A DNA stretch of 64,000 nt from an uncultured Fidelibacterota bacterium (lineage in GTDB: Bacteria > Fidelibacterota > Marinisomatia > Marinisomatales > Marinisomataceae). The DNA is taken from NCBI GenBank assembly GCA_902538565.1, contig CACBFQ010000002.1:221908-285907 (forward strand), given 5' to 3'. This document shows, one piece after another, positions 58,939-64,000 of the stretch. Both the position numbers and the translations under genes were made by a program. The notes under the pieces are model-generated. The model was not told the origin of the DNA and searched no databases. It saw nothing but the letters and a program-made list of their open reading frames with translations. Every line of letters begins with the position of its first letter. Positions within the stretch are counted from its first letter, which is position 1.

Positions 58939-60533
58939 TCATCAAATTCCCAGATAATTCCAAATGTTAATAAGCTACTCATCGGATTAAAAAATTCATG
59001 ATTTCTTAATGAATAATCTTCAGTATCATTAAACTTGTTTAAGGCATTATTTAGTCCAATTGTCAATAGTACATCGGATATGGCAATCTCTGTACTAATA
59101 GAGATATTTAAATAATCGTCAGAATTAGTACTATTTTTCCTTTGAGGCATATTTCTAAAATAATTAAAACTATATTCAGAATTATTTTTTGACATGTATT
59201 GCAAACTGAGTTTTCCCTTAATTCCCAAATTGTTATCAATAAATGATAAACCAAAAAGATAATCAAAAGCAAAAATATGAGGTCTATTTGAGCTAATTAA
59301 ACTATCATAAAAGTTGTAGGAGTGATTCAGATTGAATAAACCGTATTTAAATGGGATTGAAAATTTAGTTTGAAGGGACATCATTTGATCATCTTCAAAT
59401 TGATACCTTTCAGCCTCAGGAATAAATACATCTCCTAAATCATTTGGAATAACAAAATTAGTAGCACGAACGTATTTTAAAGTAGTAGATAAATCAATCT
59501 TTTGACTTAAAACATATGATGTTGAAATAGTTTGCCAGGTTTCTATATCCTTGCCTTCAAACTGCCCTGTATGGTTAAAATCATATGAATCTATCACCAC
59601 CATTGATGCTTGGTTTTTTATTTCATAAGAAATGCTTAATGAGCGGAAAATATTTCTATAGATAAAGTTTGGTTTGATTTTATCTTCTATAAAATCTATT
59701 CCATAAATGAAATTTCCAAAACTAAAATTATTAGCATTTGTTATTACAAATGAATTTCTTGAAAAACCTGTATTTAATCTTTCATTTTTGTAATGCTTAT
59801 TATCGAGTGCAATTTTTAAAGAAATAAAATTTCCATTATGTATGTGAGTACTTATTCTATTTCTATCTAAATCATACTTATTGTTTAAAGAATATTGAGA
59901 AATTTGAGATGACTCATATTTACTGAGGTGGTTTAATCTGATATCAAAATGATAGTCTCTTTTTACAAAACTATTTCCAATAGTTAGAGAAATAAAGTCT
60001 GAAAATTCACTATTTGAAGATGAATCCATGTCTGATGGTAAATTAAAATAAAATCCTGATTCTTCTCTAAAATATCCAAGAGTGGAATACATTTTATTAT
60101 TTTTAAAATTTCTAGAATAATTAAATTTGTAAAATAAGCTTAATGGCGGTTTTTCAGAATCAGCAAATTCAGAGTATTGTCCAAAAAAACTTTTCTTTTG
60201 TCCTTTAAATTGAAAAATTTCATCTTTAGAATTCTTTTTTAAACCTATACTAAGCTTATCAAAACCATAGTCACCAAATTCATAAATAAATTTGCTTTTA
60301 ACGTATGAAGAGTCTTCAGGAAGTTCTTCAAAAGTTAAATTTGTAAATTTATTTCTAAAGTTTTTTGAGGATCTGTCAATTAATAATTTTTCAAAAGACT
60401 GGTCTGAATTCCAAATTAATTGATTGTTATCTAGGATAACCGCAAAATGTTTTGATACATCAAATGGTATTTCTTCTTGTGATAAAAGGATAGATGATAA
60501 AAAATAAATTGATAAAAAATTTTTACAACTCAT
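58935..60533 (-). CDS. Hypothetical exported protein, probable outer-membrane beta-barrel (putative porin)
   Basis: Signal-like N-terminus, aromatic-rich amphipathic strands, terminal strand FGIIWEFDD. Confidence 0.45.
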   Translation of the reverse strand: MSCKNFLSIYFLSSILLSQEEIPFDVSKHFAVILDNNQLIWNSDQSFEKLLIDRSSKNFRNKFTNLTFEELPEDSSYVKSKFIYEFGDYGFDKLSIGLKKNSKDEIFQFKGQKKSFFGQYSEFADSEKPPLSLFYKFNYSRNFKNNKMYSTLGYFREESGFYFNLPSDMDSSSNSEFSDFISLTIGNSFVKRDYHFDIRLNHLSKYESSQISQYSLNNKYDLDRNRISTHIHNGNFISLKIALDNKHYKNERLNTGFSRNSFVITNANNFSFGNFIYGIDFIEDKIKPNFIYRNIFRSLSISYEIKNQASMVVIDSYDFNHTGQFEGKDIETWQTISTSYVLSQKIDLSTTLKYVRATNFVIPNDLGDVFIPEAERYQFEDDQMMSLQTKFSIPFKYGLFNLNHSYNFYDSLISSNRPHIFAFDYLFGLSFIDNNLGIKGKLSLQYMSKNNSEYSFNYFRNMPQRKNSTNSDDYLNISISTEIAISDVLLTIGLNNALNKFNDTEDYSLRNHEFFNPMSSLLTFGIIWEFDD

Positions 60534-61404
60534 CTCTTCTCATAAAATTAATTTTAGAATCTATAAAATTGATAGAATGTAATAATATTGCTTCAAGCGT
60601 TTGAGGCTCTACAGGGCTTTGCCACTCTTTTCTTCCTTGATACGATAAAATTAAATGTTCTAAACTAAGCTTATCATCATCTGGAAAATTTTTAACTTCA
60701 CAAATATATTTATTAACAATGTCTCTTGAAAGGATAGCATTTCCAACTAAAGATTTATGATTCGATTTAGAGATTGAAGAACCAAGATTAATAGAATAAA
60801 GCTTACCAATCTGATGAAGGCATACTCCAGATATTAATAAATCTATATCAATATTATAATGTGAACCGACCTGCTTTGCAATTTTTAAAAGTGATACTGT
60901 TTGCTCCATTAAACCATTTTGATAATTGTAATGATATGAGATGCTAGCAGGATAAACTTTAAACTTTTCCTTATGGTCTCTTAAGATATTTTTTGTGACT
61001 TTTTTCAAATGTTTCTTTGAAATTAAGTTTACTTCTTTAGTCAATTCTTTCCATAGTTCACTTGGATTTTTTTTAGAAGTTGGAATCAAGTCAGATGCTT
61101 CGAATCCATATTTTTTATATTTTTTCTCATTAGCGCGAGAAATATTATCAATTTTGATTAATACATTTTCTCCATATTGATATGTTACACCTTTTACAGC
61201 TACGGGATCTCCATTACTAAACTTTTTAGAAAGTTTTTGAACATTATCCCATATTCTTGCTCTAATTAAACCCGACTTATCTTGTAAAAGTAAATTTAAA
61301 TAGGTTGAACCGTCTTTTTTCTTCAGTGATTTTTTTTCTAAACATAAATAGAATCCTTGGAGCTTCATATCAGCAACCATATTTGAAATAAGAATGGATT
61401 TCAT
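60523..61404 (-). CDS. YhaM/Cbf1-like OB-fold + HD-domain protein with degenerate HD site
   Basis: OB-fold (YLNLLLQDKSGLIRARIWD), YPA, LLISGVCLHQIGK, HLILSYQG, EW.SP..P.TLEAILLH. Start set at ATG 61404, just after the fur stop; the track start is 61428. Confidence 0.85.
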   Translation of the reverse strand: MKSILISNMVADMKLQGFYLCLEKKSLKKKDGSTYLNLLLQDKSGLIRARIWDNVQKLSKKFSNGDPVAVKGVTYQYGENVLIKIDNISRANEKKYKKYGFEASDLIPTSKKNPSELWKELTKEVNLISKKHLKKVTKNILRDHKEKFKVYPASISYHYNYQNGLMEQTVSLLKIAKQVGSHYNIDIDLLISGVCLHQIGKLYSINLGSSISKSNHKSLVGNAILSRDIVNKYICEVKNFPDDDKLSLEHLILSYQGRKEWQSPVEPQTLEAILLHSINFIDSKINFMRRDEL

Positions 61405-61408
61405 CTTA

Positions 61409-61873
61409 TTAACTTTTTGAATGTGCACAATTGCTATCTTTGCAAGTACCGGATAATTGATGTACGCGTTTTGTAAGGCTCATATTTAAGTCATCAGCAA
61501 TTTTCTTTTCGATTGAGGGAATTTTATTGTCATAAAATTCAAATATTTCTCCGCAATCTTCGCAGACAATGTGATCATGATTTGGAGTAATTGTTTTTTT
61601 ATTGTGCTCATAAAGAAATTTTCCGCTATCTAAAGTTATTTTCTTTAAAAGATTATGTTTTACAAATACATCAATTGTTCTATATAATGTGGCTCTTGAA
61701 ACATTAATTTTCTTTTTTTTGAGATCGCTAAGAATGGTTTCAGTATCACGATGACTATCTGTAGAACAAAGCTCATCCCAAATGTCAAGCCTTTGTTTAG
61801 TAGCTCTCAATCCTTCACTTTTGAGGACTGCCTCAACTTCTATATGAAATCTACATGGTATTAAATTCTGCAT
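61409..61873 (-). CDS. fur: Fur-family transcriptional regulator
   Basis: LRATKQR, SRATLYRT, HDHIVCEDCG, C-terminal GTCKDSNC. The metal specificity (Fur/Zur/PerR) is not resolved. Confidence 0.9.
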   Translation of the reverse strand: MQNLIPCRFHIEVEAVLKSEGLRATKQRLDIWDELCSTDSHRDTETILSDLKKKKINVSRATLYRTIDVFVKHNLLKKITLDSGKFLYEHNKKTITPNHDHIVCEDCGEIFEFYDNKIPSIEKKIADDLNMSLTKRVHQLSGTCKDSNCAHSKS

Positions 61874-61899
61874 ACATCAAATTACACTAAATTGATTTT

Positions 61900-64000
61900 T
61901 TAATCTATTTTTTTTAAACGAGCGTACTTCACAATTAATTTTTTTCTTAAACCACCATCAAATTCAACACCAACTTTTTGATTTTCCCCCGTACCACTCA
62001 AAACAAGAATAGTGCCTATTCCAAAGAGATTATGTTGAACTTGATCTCCAATTTTAAAGTCATCAAACTCTGTAACTGTTCTTGAAATTTGAATTTTTTT
62101 CTGTTCTCCAGTACCAACAATTCTTCGAGTATAAACTAATTTATAAGATTTAACTTTTATAACATCTTCATCAATTTCATTTAAAAAATCTGATTGAACA
62201 AATGATGTGGTATTCATAGCTCCAAATCTTCTTCTGTATTTTGCATTTAAAAGGTATACTTGATCCATAGCTCTTGTCACTGCGACATAAAACAATCTTC
62301 TTTCTTCTTCCATTTGATCGGGTCCATCATCAATTCTTACTAGTGGAAATAGTCCTTGTTCAAGTCCAGCGATAAATACGGTCGGAAATTCAAGACCTTT
62401 TGCTGCATGTACAGTCATTAGTGTAATAGAATTATCTTTATCATCCCATTCATCAATATCTGTAAACAGTGAAATTTCTTGAAGAAAGTCTCTTAAATTT
62501 CCACCAACTTGATCAGAGAACTTATCAACAGATGCTTTAAGCTCTTGAATATTATCATATCGATCTTGTTCAACAGGATTATTTTTATAATAATTTTCAA
62601 TATTAAACTCTTCTAATAAAGTTCTTAATAACTCTTTAGGGTCAAGAGTTTCTAGCAAACTGCTAAATTTCTTGATTGATGCATGAAAACTTTCAATTGA
62701 ATCTTGCTGCTTTCCTCTTAATTTCAAATCTCTACAAAATTCAAGACTATCAAAAAGTGAAATTTTCTTTTTGGATGCTAACTCAACAAACATTTTTATT
62801 GATTTTTCTCCGATGCCTCTTACAGGAAAATTAATGATACGCCTAAGAGCTACATCATCATTACTATTTGCCACCAAAGTTAAATATGCTAACACATCTT
62901 TAATCTCTTTCCTATCATAGAATTTTGTCCCACCTACAATATTATATGGAATTCCTTCTTTTACCATCGCTTGCTCAATAGATCTTGACTGTGCATTTGT
63001 TCTGTATAAAACTGCAAAATCTTTAAAAGTACTTTTATTAAGTTTTATTTCAGTCTTAATTGCATCACATATAGCATTTGATTCTTCTTCATCACTTCCA
63101 GTAGAAATCAGTGAAATCTTTTCTCCTTTTCCTCGTGTTGCTTCCAACTTCTTTTCAGCTCTATTTTTATTATTAGAAACAACAGACCAAGCTCCATCAA
63201 GAATACGTTGAGTTGATCTATAATTTTTTTCAAGCTTAATCTCAATGTTTTTTGAAAATGTGTCCTGAAAGTTGGTAAGGATGTTATCAATATTAGCTCC
63301 TCTCCAACCATAAATGGATTGGTCATCATCGCCAACTACAGTAATATTTTGATGTTTTCCAGCTAGTAAAGATACAATTTCAAATTGTGGTGAATTGGTA
63401 TCTTGAAATTCATCAACTAATACATATTTCCATGTGCTTTGATAAAAATTTAAAATTTTAGCATTTTCTTTTAACAGTCGAATTGGGAGCAGAATTAAAT
63501 CATTAAAATCTAGTGCATTGTTTGATTTTAATTTTTCACAATATGCCTTAAAAACCTCAACAATTTTTTCATCTTCAAATGTTTGAGCTTTGGATTCTAC
63601 ATCTACAATTGAAAGATTATCATTTTTAAACTTATCAATTTGAACTTTCAAGAAACCAACGTTGAGCTCTTTAAATTCAGAAAGATTCAAATTTTCAACA
63701 ACCTCTTTAATAACAGATTTTTGATCGGAAGTATCGTAAATAGTAAAACTAGAATTATATCCTTCATCCAATGTTGAGATGTGCATTCTTAACATGCGAG
63801 CACCTATTGAATGAAATGTTCCAACATTTACTCCATCACAAGATATGCTTTCTTGAATTCTTAATTTCATTTCTGCAGCGGCTTTATTGGTGAAGGTTAA
63901 TGCTAATATTTCTTCTGGTTTAAAAAGCTTTTCTTTGATTAAATGCCAAACTTTATAAGTAAGTACTCTTGTTTTTCCACTTCCTGCTCCTGCAAACACT
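61900..64000 (-). CDS. uvrD: UvrD/PcrA superfamily 1 helicase, 5' end outside the window
   Basis: AGAGSGKT, TFTNKAA, VDEFQDTN, VGDDDQSIYGWRGA, NYRST, YRTNAQSR, HAAKGLEF, EERRLFYVAVTRA, C-terminal Tudor-like domain. Confidence 0.96.
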   Translation of the reverse strand, partial: VFAGAGSGKTRVLTYKVWHLIKEKLFKPEEILALTFTNKAAAEMKLRIQESISCDGVNVGTFHSIGARMLRMHISTLDEGYNSSFTIYDTSDQKSVIKEVVENLNLSEFKELNVGFLKVQIDKFKNDNLSIVDVESKAQTFEDEKIVEVFKAYCEKLKSNNALDFNDLILLPIRLLKENAKILNFYQSTWKYVLVDEFQDTNSPQFEIVSLLAGKHQNITVVGDDDQSIYGWRGANIDNILTNFQDTFSKNIEIKLEKNYRSTQRILDGAWSVVSNNKNRAEKKLEATRGKGEKISLISTGSDEEESNAICDAIKTEIKLNKSTFKDFAVLYRTNAQSRSIEQAMVKEGIPYNIVGGTKFYDRKEIKDVLAYLTLVANSNDDVALRRIINFPVRGIGEKSIKMFVELASKKKISLFDSLEFCRDLKLRGKQQDSIESFHASIKKFSSLLETLDPKELLRTLLEEFNIENYYKNNPVEQDRYDNIQELKASVDKFSDQVGGNLRDFLQEISLFTDIDEWDDKDNSITLMTVHAAKGLEFPTVFIAGLEQGLFPLVRIDDGPDQMEEERRLFYVAVTRAMDQVYLLNAKYRRRFGAMNTTSFVQSDFLNEIDEDVIKVKSYKLVYTRRIVGTGEQKKIQISRTVTEFDDFKIGDQVQHNLFGIGTILVLSGTGENQKVGVEFDGGLRKKLIVKYARLKKID

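Noticed and set aside
1-64000. tRNA, rRNA, CRISPR arrays, IS elements, prophage genes
   Set aside because: All intergenic gaps large enough were read by hand and are explained by small ORFs, promoters or the riboswitch; I saw no cloverleaf, repeat-spacer pattern, transposase or integrase. A tRNAscan/Infernal run would be the formal check.

Overview
This is a gene-dense, AT-rich (roughly 30% GC by eye, not computed) bacterial core-genome segment. I call 65 CDS, 62 of them on the minus strand, with many abutting or overlapping stop/start codons. I found no rRNA, tRNA, CRISPR array or transposase. Several features suggest a streamlined marine FCB-superphylum diderm such as Marinimicrobia/SAR406: a Bacteroidota-type bS22, a folP-cdaA pair, a TonB receptor with an N-terminal extension, and Na+-NQR. 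That placement is inference, not a database result. Content, left to right: DUF58/MoxR, dnaK, lolCDE, lysS, frameshifted prfB, a split-barrel/MenA fusion, cdaA, folP, ftsH, tilS, archaeal-type GAPDH, ccm cytochrome c maturation genes, a B12 acyl-CoA mutase, dxs/pdxST/ispH, pduO, nhaD, nqrA-F with apbE and nqrM, proline dehydrogenase, pepC, nadK, HU, mltD, serS, tsaD, cdaR, rpsA-cmk-rluB-scpBA-trpS, HNH, cobalamin riboswitch plus btuB, yhaM-like, fur and uvrD. Reading the intergenic DNA by hand recovered features missing from the ORF track: four small genes (a CcmD candidate, a 29-aa membrane microprotein, NqrM, bS22), the DUF58 5' end, the prfB frameshift and a sigma54-type promoter. The most interesting observations are (1) an FMN split-barrel domain fused to a MenA prenyltransferase, (2) a mutase with isobutyryl-CoA mutase specificity residues alongside a B12 salvage set, (3) a class II (archaeal-type) GAPDH, (4) a YhaM homologue that has lost nearly all HD metal ligands, and (5) a Cys-type (System I*) ccm locus carrying two microproteins.
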